Below are positions 9,017-26,068 of a stretch of 64,000 bases of DNA, one piece after another. Source of the stretch: Dictyostelium discoideum (Eukaryota); the NCBI GenBank assembly GCA_000004695.1, contig CM000151.3:7072001-7136000 (forward strand). The letters are read 5' to 3'. The translations under genes were made by a program, and so were the position numbers. The notes under the pieces were generated by a model. That model saw nothing but the letters and a program-made list of their open reading frames with translations. It did no database searches and was not told the origin of the DNA. Within the stretch, counting starts at the first letter, position 1. The number at the start of each line of letters is the position of its first letter.

Positions 9017-12000
9017 TTAACTATCTTTTTTAAAAGTTAAAAATTTTTCAAAAGAAAATTTGTTTGTACCAAATATTGATAATAAAACTGGTAATAAGAC
9101 TAAACCATGAACAGCTGCTAATAAACAAATACTTATATACATTTTGAAATAGTATATGATAAAGATTTCTGATTTTGAAAAAGCTAAAACTACACAACCT
9201 AAAAGTTTTGTGATAAAGATACCACTAAATATGTTTGCACCCATTTCTGATATTGCAAATTTAACCTTTTCATCTCTTGAATAATGTTTTGGTGATCTGA
9301 TGAATGTACTTGCAATATGAACGCAAAATTCTATTGATATACCAACAGCCATAATTAAATTTACGACAGAGATTGCATTCAAAGATATATCCCATAATGT
9401 CATGACGGCCAAAAGGTCAACAACCGTCATACCAACACAAAGTACAACCAATATTGAAACCAATGGATTCATTAATATAGCTAGTGATACGAAAAATACA
9501 CTTCCCAATGCCAATAAAATACCTTTTAATGCCACTTGTTTTATGGTTAAATAAGCTTCAAAGTAACAATAGAAAATACTATAAGTGAAAACTTGAGCAT
9601 CTGAATGGTCAGCCAAATAATAACTTGTGGCAAGTGCATTGATGAAATCATTTTGAGTTCTTAGAGTTGTATGATAAGCATCGAAACGAGTTGCTGCAAT
9701 ACTACCATCACTATTGAATTTTACATCACCAGTATATGCTAAACCTGCCAATGGACATTGATCTGTATTTGTGAAATTTAAAAATGCAGGTAAATACTTT
9801 TTAAATAGTGATGGATCGGGTCTACCAGATTTTTCCAATGGGAAACATTGTTGATCACAACCAGGTTCATCACTATTACAATAGGTACCATTATCGAATG
9901 CTGTACAACAACCGACAGTATTACTCCATTGTAACATATCATCTAACCATGATGAAATTCCAGGTGAAATGAATGGTGCATTATCAAATGTATTTATAAC
10001 TGAATTATTATTACAACCACCTACTGTACAAAATTGATTTTGAATTGATGGTATGGAGAAATCATAATTTCCTTTTACAACTATATACATTGGTGGTCCA
10101 ACCTCTAAGAATTGATTCATATTTGTGAAATAAGCTTGAAGATAAGAGTTTCTTGGTAGTGCAACCTTTTGATCTAAACCAATTGGAATTTGATATGCAT
10201 AATTTATTGAAAACAATAACATTGCAATAAAGAATATTATAATTAATAATTTTGAAATTGGATGAACTAAAAATGGAGCATAATATTTTGTAAATAATTC
10301 CTTTAATAATGTTGTTTTCTTTTTTGATTTCTTTTTTAACATTCTCTTTTTTGATAATGGTGATGATTCTTCATTATTAATATTTAAACCATCAACAACA
10401 TTTAATGCATCAACATCATAATTAAAATTATGAGCATTATCATTTCTATCATCATCTTCACCATTAATTAAAAGTGGTTCATTTTCAATTTCTTCTTGAT
10501 TATTATTATTATTGTTATCATTGTTATTAAGATTATTATTATTATTATTATTATTACTATTTAATTGTTGATCAATATTATCAAATGGATCATCTTCTAA
10601 ATCTGAATTATCACCATTTAATGATAAGCATGGTAAACAATCAACTCTTCTTGATTGTAAACGTTTTGTATCTAAAACTAATAAACAAGCGAATGCACTA
10701 ATTTGTAATAGGAAGTCAAAGAAAACTGCAATTGAAGCATAGAATGAAAATGCTTTTACTGCTGGCATTTTAGTTAAGGAACCTAATAGGAAAGCAAATG
10801 ATTCACTTAATGATGCTAATGCAATTGATGGACCAACCTTTGCAAGTGTACGAGCAAATGATTCTTCTGGTGTTGGCATTTGATGATGATTTTGATTAAA
10901 ACCACTAATTGATGATGATGATGATGATGATGCAACATGTAAAGATTCAAAAGTATTTACTAAAATGAATATATTATCAACACCAATGGCTAACACTAAG
11001 AATGGTATAACTTCACTAATGATTAGAGTTGCTTTTATACGTAGAATTGAACAAATACCAACAGAGATTATAATTGAACATGCAACTATACAAATACCAG
11101 ATAGACCCAATGCAAATCTTGAACGAATGAAAAATGAATTGAATCTTCTTGGAAATGGGTAATAACTACCTAAACTAAGGGAGATATATAAAAACATAAC
11201 GAAATAACTAACGATAATCGTTGGTATATCTGCATTACCTTCTCTTGCCAATTCATCTTGTACTGATCTTTGAGCATTGAATGATATTTCGAATGGACAT
11301 GAAGGATCATTTGAAATCTCTTGAATTTTATTTAACCAAACTTGTTCCCACATCATTGATCTATCAATCATTGAATCTGGATTATTCAATAGGAAAGTGG
11401 TGACAAATGCTTTTGCCAACGTTGAATTATCATTCCAACCACCCAATACTATCTTTGGATTTACAGGTACACCAGTTGAATCCATACATTCTGGTGAAAG
11501 TAATTGTGATTTACATTGTTCAAACCAACCAATTACATTATCCTTTTGTTGATTTAATTTATTTTGATCACGTTGAAAAATACCTGTTATACTCTCAACC
11601 AAACAACCACGTTTAGTAGGTTCAAAACATAATTGATCCAATGTTATAATCCTATTTGAACCATCATTAAGCTTTACACTTGTATTCTTCATTAGTTGTG
11701 TCTCTATATCAATTAATGATTTAAATAAATCATAATTGAAAATCGTTGATAAATTCTTTTGTTTTGGTATTAAAATTAATTGTTCAACACGATAGAATGG
11801 ACCGAAATGATCATCGAAATATTGTTTCTCAATTGCTGATCTACTATCTGGTGATACCCATAATTTTACTGGATCAGTTTCAATCTCTAATGAAATAATA
11901 CCAATACCAATACCAATTGTAAATAGTAAACAACATATTAAAACTATTATTGGTCTTTTTGTAATATTAATTCCATACCAATAAAATACTTTTTGAAAAA

Positions 12001-13437
12001 TATTTGAATAATTGCTACCACTATTATTGTTATTATTTCTATTATTATTGGTATTTTGAATTTCATCATTATTAACTTGTTGATTAATTATACCACCACT
12101 AATACCAAGTATTCTTCTTGAATTTCTATTTGAAGCTGTTTTATCAACAATTATACAAGCTAAAATTACTATTGATAATAACAATAATGTTATCATTATA
12201 TAAATGGATACACCCATTGCAAATGAACAATTCCATTCTTTTCCATCATCTAATTTCCACATACAACTTGCTGTTTTACCATCTATCATTTGATGAGTAG
12301 TTACAAATGGTATCAATACTGTACAAATGAATAAAATACCCAATATTATCATCATTACTGTTTTAAACTTTTTACCCTTAAAATATCTAATCTTTGATGA
12401 ATATTTAAATATTAACCAAATGCTAAATCCAAATAATAATGATAATAAAAATAATAAAAATGACCAAACTATCCAAATTGTTAAATGTGGTACTCTTAAA
12501 AAAAAAAAAAAAAAAAAACCAAAATATTAATATATATATTTAAAATATATAATAAATAATAATAATAATATTATAAATTTACTTACTCTATTAATAAATG
12601 AGTTTGAATGATTGTATCATTTAATAAACCAATATCTTTATAGGAAGGGGGAGGTAAACAAGCATCACGACATTGATCACAAGAACAACCTTCAGAACAT
12701 GGTACGATTGCATCATTATAACCTTCATTATTAAAAACCCAATTTAATTCTTTGAATGTTGGATTCACTGCAGAGAAAACACCAGTGAAGAACAATTGTG
12801 CAGTTGGAAACATTACACCAAATGGTTGAGCACCATTGGCATGTACATCTCTACATGAATTATATAAACCATTGGCGAAATCTGGATGTAAAACGAAATC
12901 GATGCTAATGATTTGGTCAGTTTTATTATCAACTTTAGTTGGTACCATAAATGATTTCTGATAGGGTGAACATGACGATGCACACCATAGATTATAAAGA
13001 TTAACCATACAACTACTACATCTACCAAATATACCACCCGCTACCAACATATTGGTTTGTAAGATTAAAGTTTGATTATAATTACAACATGATTCAATTG
13101 AATATTCTGGATGTGTTAATTGACATGTATTTGGTGCGATTTCCGTATTATTCTGAAATTTTAATATTAAAAAAAAAAAAATAATAAAAACATAAAAAAT
13201 AAAAAAAAAAAAAAAATAAAAAAAAAAAATAATTAATTTTTCATAGAAAATAAATATTTTTATTTTTATTAATAATAAAAAACTTACTAATGGTGGAAAA
13301 TCTTTTGCTTCAACAAATGAAGATGAAACGCCATACATTGAACAACCTAATGTTGTATTATAAGGGTAAGGTGATTGACATTGTATTATATTTATAATCG
13401 ATAAAAAAAAGATTAAAAAAACTATTATTTTATTCAT
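9017..13437 (-). CDS. Niemann-Pick C1-like protein (NPC1/Patched family with sterol-sensing domain), about 1,397 aa. Exons at about 13437–13288, 13152–12587 and 12494–9017.
   Basis: The N-terminal Cys-rich NPC1 NTD motif CCNYNQTLILQTNMLVAGGIFGRCSSCMVNLYNLWCASSCSPYQKSF is present. The SSD segment GLSGICIVACSIIISVGICSILRIKATLIISEVIPFLVLAIGVDNIFIL is present. There are 13 predicted TM helices and a signal peptide. Donors are GTAAGT, the acceptors are tttcag and tttaag, and the phases are consistent (0, 2). Confidence 0.8.
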
Positions 13438-14305
13438 ATTGAATGAATTTTATTTTTATTTTATTATTTTAAAATTATTATTATTATTCTATTTCATTAA
13501 AATAAAAATTTATTTTTTATATTTTTTTTTTTTTTTTTATTTTTTATTTTATTTTTTTTTTTAGTGTGTGTGATTGGCAATTATTATTTATTTATTTTTT
13601 TCAACCTACAAAAAAAATTAATTATTGAAGGTATTGAAATTTTATTATAATAAATGAATTGGAACACTAGGATGTAATAATTGGTAAATAAAAAATAAAA
13701 AAAAAAATAAAAAAATTAATATAATAAATAAAAAAAAAAATAAAAAAAAAAAATAAAAAAAAAAAAAAATAAAAAAAACCAATATTATTTGAACAACCCC
13801 ACAACACACAAAAATTTTGCATTAAACAACGGGTGTTTATTTTTAGTAATAATAAAAAAAATAATAAAAAAAATTAAAAAAATTAAAAAAAAAAAAATAT
13901 TTCTATATATATTTTCAATCATTTGAAATATATTGAATTCATCCTAATTTGATTATTATTTAAATCATGTCCGAAATATAGACATATGGTATTTGGAATA
14001 ATGGTTTTTTTTTTTTTTTTTTTTTTTGAGATATTTTGATTATAATATAAAAAAAAAAAAGTGAAGTTTCAAAAAAAAGATTTTTTGTTGGCTTGGAGAG
14101 ATTGAAAAAAAAAAAAGAAGATTTTTTTTTTTTTAAGAAATAATTTTTTAAGAAATAATTTTTTCATTAGAAAAAGAATTAATTAAAAAAAATTGGAAAC
14201 AGAGATAAATTCTGAATACTAATACTAATATTTTCAATATTTAAGAATCTAAATTTGGATTTGATTTTTTTATTTTTGAAAAGTTTTGTTTTTATTTTCT
14301 AGCCG

Positions 14306-14338
<33 letters not shown>

Positions 14339-14502
14339 TTCTTTAGTTTTCAAGAAAATATCTGTTGTTTTTTTTTCTTCATTTTTTAAAAATTTTACGA
14401 ATAACAACTCTTAAGAAATTTTAATTTTTTTTTTTTTTTTTCTGTACAAAAAATAAAGAAATTTTTTTTTTTTTTAAATTAAAAAATTTCTAAACTCAAA
14501 CA

Positions 14503-16710
<2,208 letters not shown>

Positions 16711-16763
16711 ATTAAAGAATTCAAAAAATAAAATAAATAAATTATTATTATTATTATTATTTA

Positions 16764-17506
16764 TTAATTTGCCCAAGAATAATATTTTAAAGTAGTTGGT
16801 GGATTGAAATAATTTGATTTACCACAATCATAACAAGTTTTTGATATAATATTTGCGATTGGATTGAATTGACCAGTTGAAAGTGTTAAAAGTTTGTCAC
16901 TTGATTTAATGGCATTTATTAATTGATCAGTTGGTATCGATTTAATTTGAGTTGTATTTTGAGTTATAAAAGATAGATGATAAAATTTATTAACCAATAA
17001 TAAATCCAATAGTAATTGATAAGAGTGTATTGGTGATTTAAAATTTGTAAATGTTAATTGTAGATCCAATGAAGTTATCTTTGAATTTTCATTACAAAAT
17101 ACTTTCATTAAATCGGTATCATTTGTATCGGTTTCACCTTCCAATGATAAAAATTCTAATGTTGGATGAAATTTATTAAGGAATGCTATTAAATCAATTG
17201 ATGTGAATTTAAAACCAATTAATATCAATTCTACAATTGATTTACTCTTTCCAATCATTTCATAGAATTTATTTGTTATTGGTCTTGATTCATAATCACT
17301 TGAAATCTTTAATCTAACCAAATTTATTAAAACATTCATACAACCATCAACTAAGATATCAATATCATCAACCTCTGTAAATTTTATCTCTAATGATCTT
17401 AGATTTTTAAATTCAATATCTCTTAAAACTGGTAATGATAAAATTGGAAATAATGTCATTAATGATAATTGTTCAATATTACAAATTAGTTTTTCATCTT
17501 TTTTTA

Positions 17507-17589
<83 letters not shown>

Positions 17590-18818
17590 TCATTATCATT
17601 ATTCCAAATAAAATTATCTAAATTTTGTTGAATTTGAGATGGTGGTGGTGGTGGTGGTGATGATGTTTTATCTGAATCACTTGTAATTGTTCTTAATAAA
17701 ACAACTTTTTCAATATTATTTGATAAATTTGTTAAAAATGATTGAACTTTTGAAACTGTAATTGAAGGTGAATCTCTTGGTGTAATTGAAGGTGAATCAT
17801 TATAATATTTTAATTTATTAAAAGAGTTATTAATTGCATCTAATATTAAATTTGAATCAATACCAGTACAATTTTTAATTTCTAATTTTTCTAATTTACA
17901 AGTTGAAGTTTCTTTTGTTGCTGTTGTTGGTGTTTTTGAAGAAGAAGGAGATGATGATGATGATGATGATGAAATTAAATCAACTAATTGATTACAATTA
18001 ACTTCTTTACATGAATAAATTGCTAATGATGTTAATTGTTTACAAAGTAAAGAATTTTTAAAACCAGTTAAACCATTTGGACCACTATCCATAATGAATA
18101 ATTTTGAAAGGTTTATTAAACCACCCAATTTAATAGTTTCATTAAAACATGTTAAATCAACTAACGGTATTTGATTTTGTTTAATTGCAGAGAATCTTAA
18201 ACTTAGTATTTCAATATTGGCACCAACGACTTGATATTGATCACCAGTTTTAATTGGTTTAATTAATTCAATAAATTCATACCAATGTTGTGGTATATCG
18301 AATTGCATGAATAATTTTGTAATATTTTGGAAAAGTGGTAACCTAATCGAATGAAAATCGCAGTCTTTATAAGATGATGATTCATTATCAATGGTTAAAG
18401 AGACGATATTTTTTGAATATTTTAATAAACGATTTTTATTAATTTTTACAATTGGATTTGTAAAAACGGCTAGTTCAACAATTTGTGGTTGAGTATCCAA
18501 TGTTCTACTTGACACTGCTAAGAATTTATATTGTTTTGATAATAGTTGTTGAAACCATGGTAATCTAAATTTACTAAAATCACTATGTGCTTTAAATTCT
18601 GGTAAATACAATAACGAATCTGTTACCCAACTATAATACCATTCCCTATTAACCAACATTAATCTCTTTATATTTTCACCGATTAATGACTTTAAATAAT
18701 TTGGACCACTACCATTTGGTATACAATATTTTAAAAATTCTAAAACATATCCAATAATTTTTTTATATAAATAATTTGGTAATTTCTTTATAATTATAAT
18801 TTCTTCTTTATTATTCAT
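16764..18818 (-). CDS. F-box-like / leucine-rich-repeat protein, 684 aa, with poly-N, poly-S and poly-P tracts
   Basis: Single long ORF. The N-terminal segment LPNYLYKKIIGYVLEFL resembles an F-box. The C-terminal half has LRR-like LxxLxL periodicity. Confidence 0.45.
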
Positions 18819-19220
18819 TATGTTTATTTTATTTTATTTTATTTGTTGTTTTTTTTTTTTTTTTTTTTTTATTCAAAAGCATTTGTATGTGTGATATTTA
18901 TTGGGGATTTTTTAAAAAAATTAAAAAATAAAAAATTAAAAATTAAAAAAAAATAAATAAAAAAATAAAATAGAAGATTCAATGAAAATAACTAGAATAA
19001 TCCAAATTTTGTTTTAATATTTTTTGAAAATAAAAGAAAAAAATAAATAATTTTAAAATTAATTGAAAATAACTAGAATAATCCAAATTAATTTAATTTT
19101 TTTTTAATTTTTAATTTTCAATTAATGAGTTTATAAAAAAAAAAAAAAAAAAAAAAAAGGTTTTTAACATATTTATTTTATTTTTTTTATTTTTTTTAAT
19201 TTTTAATTTTTAATTTTTTT

Positions 19221-20051
19221 TTAAATTGATTTAACTTTACAAGTACCATCAGTTTGACCGAAATAAGCAATTTTAGTCATATTTACAAATAAACCTGTTT
19301 CAACAACACCTGGAATCATTTTAATATCAATTGCTAATTGTGGAATATTTGATAGTGGTTTTGAGAATTGAGCATCGATTATGAAATTACCATTATCAGT
19401 TACAACTGGACCAGCTTTATTTACGGCCATACGTAATTTTGGAGTCAATGAAAATGATGAACTTTCTAATTTCTTCATTACAGGTACGTAAGCCATTGGT
19501 ACCACTTCAATTGGGATACCTTTTTTCCAATTTTCACCCAACTCTGTTGATTCCTTTGTATGATCTGCAACAATAACTAATTTCTTTGAAGAGTATGCAA
19601 CGATCTTCTCTTGTAATTGACAACCACCACCACCTTTAATTAAATTAAAATCCTTATCCACTTCATCTGCACCATCGATTGTAATATCCAATTCTGGTGT
19701 ACGTGATAAATCTGATAACTCTAATCCTGCTTCAACAATTAATTGAGTAGATTGAAATGATGTTGGTACACAAATTACATTCTTTAATCCTAATTCTTTA
19801 ATTCTATCAACTGCATACTTTATTGTACTACCACTACCAATACCAATTTTACAACCATCTTTAACAAAATCATCAACTGCTTTATATGCTGCTACTTTTT
19901 TACAATTATCTAATGACATTTTATTATAATTATTATTATTATAGTTTCTAATTGAAAATCTAATTAAATTATTATTTATATTATTATTTATATTATTTTG
20001 TTGTATTAATTTTGAACTTAAATAAATGATTTTATTTTTAGAGTTGAACAT
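19221..20051 (-). CDS. rpiA: ribose-5-phosphate isomerase A, 276 aa including an N-rich N-terminal extension. An alternative start is at the internal Met near 19919.
   Basis: Diagnostic RpiA motifs are present: GIGSGST, DGADEVD and KGGGG. They are followed by the conserved C-terminal domain GIPIEVVPMAYVPV...GVVETGLF. Confidence 0.85.
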   Translation of the reverse strand: MFNSKNKIIYLSSKLIQQNNINNNINNNLIRFSIRNYNNNNYNKMSLDNCKKVAAYKAVDDFVKDGCKIGIGSGSTIKYAVDRIKELGLKNVICVPTSFQSTQLIVEAGLELSDLSRTPELDITIDGADEVDKDFNLIKGGGGCQLQEKIVAYSSKKLVIVADHTKESTELGENWKKGIPIEVVPMAYVPVMKKLESSSFSLTPKLRMAVNKAGPVVTDNGNFIIDAQFSKPLSNIPQLAIDIKMIPGVVETGLFVNMTKIAYFGQTDGTCKVKSI

Positions 20052-20336
20052 GAAAAAAACAAAATAAAAAATAAAATAAAAAAAAAATAAAATAAAAAAA
20101 AATAAAAAAAAAAAGTAAAAAATAAAAAATAAAAAAAAATTAAAATTAAATTAAAATTGAAATTTACTTTAAAAAGTGTAGAAACATTTTATTTATTTTT
20201 ATTTTTAGAAACATTTCTACACTTTTTAAATAATTTAATTTTTAATTTTGATTTTTAATTTTTTTTTTTTTTTCAATTTTTTTTTTATTTAACTCGTTGT
20301 ATTTTTTTAATTTTTTTTTTATTTAACTCTCTTATT

Positions 20337-20369
<33 letters not shown>

Positions 20370-21015
20370 CAAAGAGGAAGAAAATATAGAAAATTATAAA
20401 ATTGTAATTTTTTATTGACCACAGCCCACGAAATGACCAATATTGTGGAGTTATCAAATTTATCTTTTGAAAATAGTAAATTTATATTTGAAAGATGAAT
20501 TTGGTTATTTCTAATTTTGATCATTTCGTGCACTATGGAGAATAATAAATCACTATTAAATAATTATCTATGATTTTCATTCCATTCAATCTGTAAGGAT
20601 TTGCAAAATAAAAAAATATTTATTATTAATTATTTCTAAAAAAAGAAATTCAAAAAAAAAAAAAAAATAAAAAAAAAAAAAAGAAAAAACAAAAAAAAAA
20701 AAAAGATTGTTTAAATCAGGGTGTGGTGGGACGGTAAAATCGTTTTTATCATTCAGGTAAAATTTAAAAAGACTGAATTGTTTTTCAGTTTATTTCTCAT
20801 TTTCAACAGTGGTGAATGTGGTCAGTCTACACACTAATAAAAAAAAAAAAAAAAATTAAATCAAAATAAATAAAATTTAAATAGGTTACCCCACACACAA
20901 TTATTATTTGAAATGATTAAAATTTTTAAATTTAATAAAAAAAAAAAACACCCCATTATTTCAGTAAAAAAAAAAAAAAAAAAAATTATTTCTATTAAAT
21001 TTATAAAATTAAAAA

Positions 21016-21303
21016 ATGAACAAGTATACATTGTTGCTATTACTTTTAAATACATTTTTTATTTCAAATACTAAGTCTCAATCCTACAATGCAAATTGGA
21101 CAGGTATAAAATAAATGTTTTTATAAAAAAAATAAAAATAAAAAGTTATCGATTATTAATTTTTTTTTTTTTTGAATAGATTTAAATTCAAGACCAAATC
21201 CTGGATGGGTAGGTATTAACAAATCTTTTTTAAATTATTTTATTTGAAAAAAAAATATAAATTTATTTATTTATATTTTTATATTTACACATTGACAACT
21301 ACA

Positions 21304-21346
<43 letters not shown>

Positions 21347-22693
21347 GTATGATCAAGTTAAATTTGGAATTTTTATACATTTTGGAGTTTATAGTGTTCC
21401 AGCATTTGCAACCCATGATTATGCAGAATGGTATTGGTATAATTTAGTAAATGATAATGGTACAACTCAAAAATGGCAAGACCAACATTTTGGTGAACAC
21501 TTTCAATATCAAGATTTTGCACCAATGTTTAATTGTAGATTATTCAATCCAGATGAATGGGCATCAATATTTCAAAAATCTGGTGCGAAATATGTTGTAC
21601 TAACATCAAAACATCATGAAGGTTATACACTTTGGAAAAGTGATCAATCATGGAGTTGGAATTCTGTTGAAAATGGTCCTGGAATTGATATTGTAGGTAA
21701 ATTAACCAATTCTGTTAAAGCTCAAGGTCTTCATATGGGTTTATATCATTCATTATATGAGTGGTTTAACCCATTATACTTGGCCGATAAAAAGAGTGGT
21801 AACCCACCAACTCAAAACACCTATGTTAAAGAAGTTTTATTAAATCAATTAAGAGATATAGTTTTAAAATATGAACCTGATATAGTATGGGCTGATGGTG
21901 AATGGGAGGTAAATATATAAATATTAATAATAATTAAATACATAGAATTTTAATATTAGTTTATATTAATTTTATTTTTTTAAAAAAAAAAAAGCAATAT
22001 TCAGATTATTGGGGTTCAAAAGAATTTTTAAGTTGGTTATATAGTGACAGTCCAGTTAAAGAAACAGTTGTAGTAAATGATAGATGGGGTAAAGAGACAA
22101 GAGGAGTTGATGGTGGGTTTTATACGGGTGGTGATAATTGGCAGCCTGGTCATTTGGTTACACATAAATGGGAGAATTGTCAAACTATTGGTAGTTCATA
22201 TGGTTATAATGAAAATGAACCAGCAGAGGCATACCAAGATTCAACTATTTTAATTCAAGAATTTGTTGAAACAGTTGCATGTGGTGGTAATTTCCTTTTA
22301 GATGTTGGACCAAATGCTGAAGGTGTAATTCCAAATAACATGGTGGATCGTTTGTATGATATTGGTAAATTCTTATCAATTAATGGAGAATCAATTTATG
22401 GTAGTTCTCCCTGGAGAATTCAAAATCAAACTCAATCAATTTGGTTCACTACAAATACTACGACAGGTGCAATCTATGCTTTCAGTTATTATTTTCCAGA
22501 AGATGGTGTATTTAATTTTAATGAAATCATTGGTTCGAAATCTACAATTGTTGAATTATTCGGTTATAAAAGTAAAAATCCAATTACAATTGAAACTTAT
22601 CAACCAAAAGGAATTAACATAACTGTACCATTTGTATCACCATCAGACTATCCACCATTTATTTATGTTTTTAAATTTATAAATGCTTATTAA
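21016..22693 (+). CDS. alfA: alpha-L-fucosidase (glycoside hydrolase family 29), about 460 aa. It has 4 exons at about 21016–21103, 21180–21208, 21348–21908 and 21996–22693.
   Basis: Signal peptide is present. The segment RPNPGW|YDQVKFGIFIHFGVYSVPAF matches the human FUCA1 segment [24 protein letters not shown]. The HHEGYTLW and DIVWADGEWE catalytic-region motifs are present. Donors are GTATAA, GTAGGT and GTAAAT, and the phases close. The symbol alfA is given from memory of the Dictyostelium fucosidase gene name. Confidence 0.75.
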
Positions 22694-22730
22694 AAAAAAT
22701 AAAAAATAAAAAACAAAATAATATGTAAAC

Positions 22731-22781
<51 letters not shown>

Positions 22782-22812
22782 TATTATTTTTTTATTTAAA
22801 AAAATGATATTA

Positions 22813-25800
22813 CTAAATTTTCTTTAAATTAATTAATGGTATATTACCACTAGCATTACCAACAACATCATCAAAATCATTATCAATATTTGTTGTTGTT
22901 GTTGTTAAAATTGAATTATTTTGAATTTGTTTGTTAAATATAACATTATTTGAACTATTATTAATTGAACGAGATTTTGAAAGTTCTTTACTTCTTTTTG
23001 ATTGTCTTAATAAGAAAAGATGATGTTCAACAGCATCATTAATTGTCCAAAAGAAATGATCGGCACCATAATGATCGACTACACCACCTCTTTTCATACT
23101 ATCTCTAACGTAACCTTTTACTGATGCAAAATAAATTACCAATTGTCTCTTTCTAAAATCTGATACTAATTCCTTCAACATACGAATACCAGTTGAATCT
23201 ATATCATTCACAGAACTGAAATCAATGATAATTGCACCAATAATCTTATGACCATCGATATCAACTTCAATTGGTTCATCATCATCAATGTAAGCATTTT
23301 CAGCCTCACTATCTGTCATGAAAGAAATGATATCCTCTTGACTACCATGATTTTGGTCACCACTCTTTAAAGAGAATGGTTCGTGATGTCTTAGTTTTTT
23401 CTTTATAAACATACAATTTGCGAAATAAATTGAACCATCAATACGAACGATACGGACACCTTTGAAAGTTTCAGCTTTTGGTACACGTTTAATGTTTTTA
23501 TAGATCTCTGTTCCAGGTAAACGACCCAATACTGCAAATGGTGGATAAGCACTACGATAGATAATCATTAATAAAGAGGCGATTGCACCAATTAATATAC
23601 CTTGTAAAATTCCAAGTATTGTAGTTGAAAGGAATGAAATACCAAATAGGAGTAAATCTTTTCTATGAACTTTCCAAAGATCAAATACCATCTGATATTC
23701 AACCAAATCAATGATTGCAACGATTACAATCGATGATAGAACTGCCCTTGGTAAGAAGTACACCACTGGTGTTAAAAAGAAAACACTAATTACAATGATA
23801 ACCGTGCAAATGAATGACGAAACTTGTGATACTGCACCATTCTGTGCGTTTACTGCTGTTCTTGATAATGATGCACCCACTGGGAACGATAAAAAGAAGG
23901 CACCAAAGAAATCACTGGCGCCCAATGCAAAAAGTTCTTGATTAGGCTCAACTATGTAATTATATTTCTCACCAAATTTAGAACCAATTGAAATACTACT
24001 TATAAATCCAACCAATGTTAATACCAATGAGCCTGGTATCAATTGAATTAAAACACTAAACCAATTGGTATTGGGTGGTAGTGGTAACCCGTCCACACCT
24101 TCATTCTGACTATACAATGATTGATTATAACGTACCAATGGGAATGATGGTGATGGAAACCCGGATGGAATTTCACCAACCACCTTTATATGTGCTCTTT
24201 GCTCTAGTTTTAAAATAAATGAAAAGAATGTGAAAACTACAACAACCAACAATGGTCCTGGTATCTTTAATTTAAATCTTGCATTCAACTTTTTAATACC
24301 CAATAAAAATACAACACCAATTATACCCAATAAAAATGACCACCAATTTGTTTTTGCAATATCTTTTAAATATCTAATTACTAATAATAATAAAAAATTG
24401 GTTTCTTCAACACCATATCCAAATATATGTTTTAATTGACTACTACCAATAACTTTTTTTTAAAATAATAATAATAATAAAAACAATAATAATAATAATA
24501 ATAATAATATTAGTATTAAAATTATTATTATTATTTCTTTATTTTATTTTATTACTACTTACTTAAAGCACAACCACTTGTAAAACCAGTACGAACTGGA
24601 TCAGATAAAAAATTTGCAACGAAACCAAACCTTATTAAACCTAAAAACATTTGCATAGCACCACATACTAAAGCCAATAGTATAGCTACACTAACATGAT
24701 AAACTTCATCAGTATTACCAGCACCAACAACACCTGTAACTGTTTCTGATACCAACAATGAAATGATTGCAAATGGTCCCATTGATAATTGTTTTGATGT
24801 TCCAAATATACAATATGCTAATACTGGTAAAATAGATGAATATAAACCATAAATTGGTGGTAATTTTGCAACCAATGCATAAGCCATACCTTGTGGAATA
24901 AGCTATAAATAAAAAAAAAAATAAAAAAAAAAATTAATTAATTTTTATTTTAATTAAAATTAAAATTATTATTATTAATTAAAATTTTAATATTTTACCA
25001 TTACACCAACAGTTATACCAGATATTAAATCACCTTTCCAATCAGATTTCCAATTATATTTTGGTAACCAATCAATGATTGGAACTAAATTATATAAATA
25101 TCTTTGTAATTTTTTTTTATGTTTTTTTTCAAATTTAAATGTTCTAATTTGTTTAATTGTATTCATAAAGTTAATAGTATCATAATCTTCTTTATTTTTA
25201 ATATGTTGTGCTTTCATTTCTTCAACTGTTATTGACTCATCATTATTATTATTATTTTTATTGTTATTTGGTTGTTGTTGTTGTTGTTGATAATGATTAT
25301 CCAAACTTAATGGTGGAAAACCATTACTATTATTATTACTGCTTATATAAATATCACTACTACTATTCATTAAATTTGAATGGGAGTTTGTTAAAATATT
25401 AATTGGTGAACTTGAATTATTGGTTAATTTTGGTGAATTGGTTGATATTAACATAGGTGTATTTGATTTACTACCAATATTACTACTAGCATTACTACTA
25501 GCATTACTACCACCTGCACCATTACTATTTAATGATTGATGTAATAGTGTTGAAGGTGAGCTATCACCTGGTAATGATATCTTTTTAGGTGGTAAATAAT
25601 AAAGCTCTGGGCTTCTTACTGATGTTAAAATATTTTGTGGTCTTTGAATATTAGTATTACTATTATTTAAAATTCTTCCTTCCTCATTATGATTATCTTC
25701 ATTATTATTATTATCAATATTATTATTATTACTATTATTATTATTATTACTATTATTATTATTTAAATTATTTTCTTCATTTAAATTATTATTATTAGTT

Positions 25801-25850
25801 TGCTGATTTTCATCATCTTGTTTATCGTCACCAAGTTGTTTGTATCTAGT

Positions 25851-25853
<3 letters not shown>
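22813..25853 (-). CDS. SLC26/SulP-family anion (sulfate) transporter with a C-terminal STAS domain, about 944 aa. It has 3 exons at 25853–24999, 24902–24563 and 24452–22813.
   Basis: The N-terminal low-complexity N/S region is followed by WLPKY...DLISGITVGVM|LIPQGMAYALVAKLPPIYGLYSS, the SulP signature. Donors are GTAAAA and GTAAGT, acceptors are tatag and aaaaag, and the phases 0, 1 and 2 close exactly (2,835 nt). The C-terminal STAS-like region is present. Confidence 0.8.
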
Positions 25854-25887
<34 letters not shown>

Positions 25888-26031
25888 TATAAAAAAAAAA
25901 ATTAACTATTTATTATATATTCAAAACACATACAAATAAAAATAAATTATATAAATAAATAAATTCTATCTATATAAAAAAATTAAAAAATAAAAAATAA
26001 AAAAAAAATTAAAAAATAACAGATATTGAAA

Positions 26032-26068
<37 letters not shown>

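Noticed and set aside
10965-12530. Small plus-strand ORFs inside and antisense to the NPC1-like gene
   Set aside because: They are short, lie within a well-supported minus-strand exon or intron, and show no independent signals.
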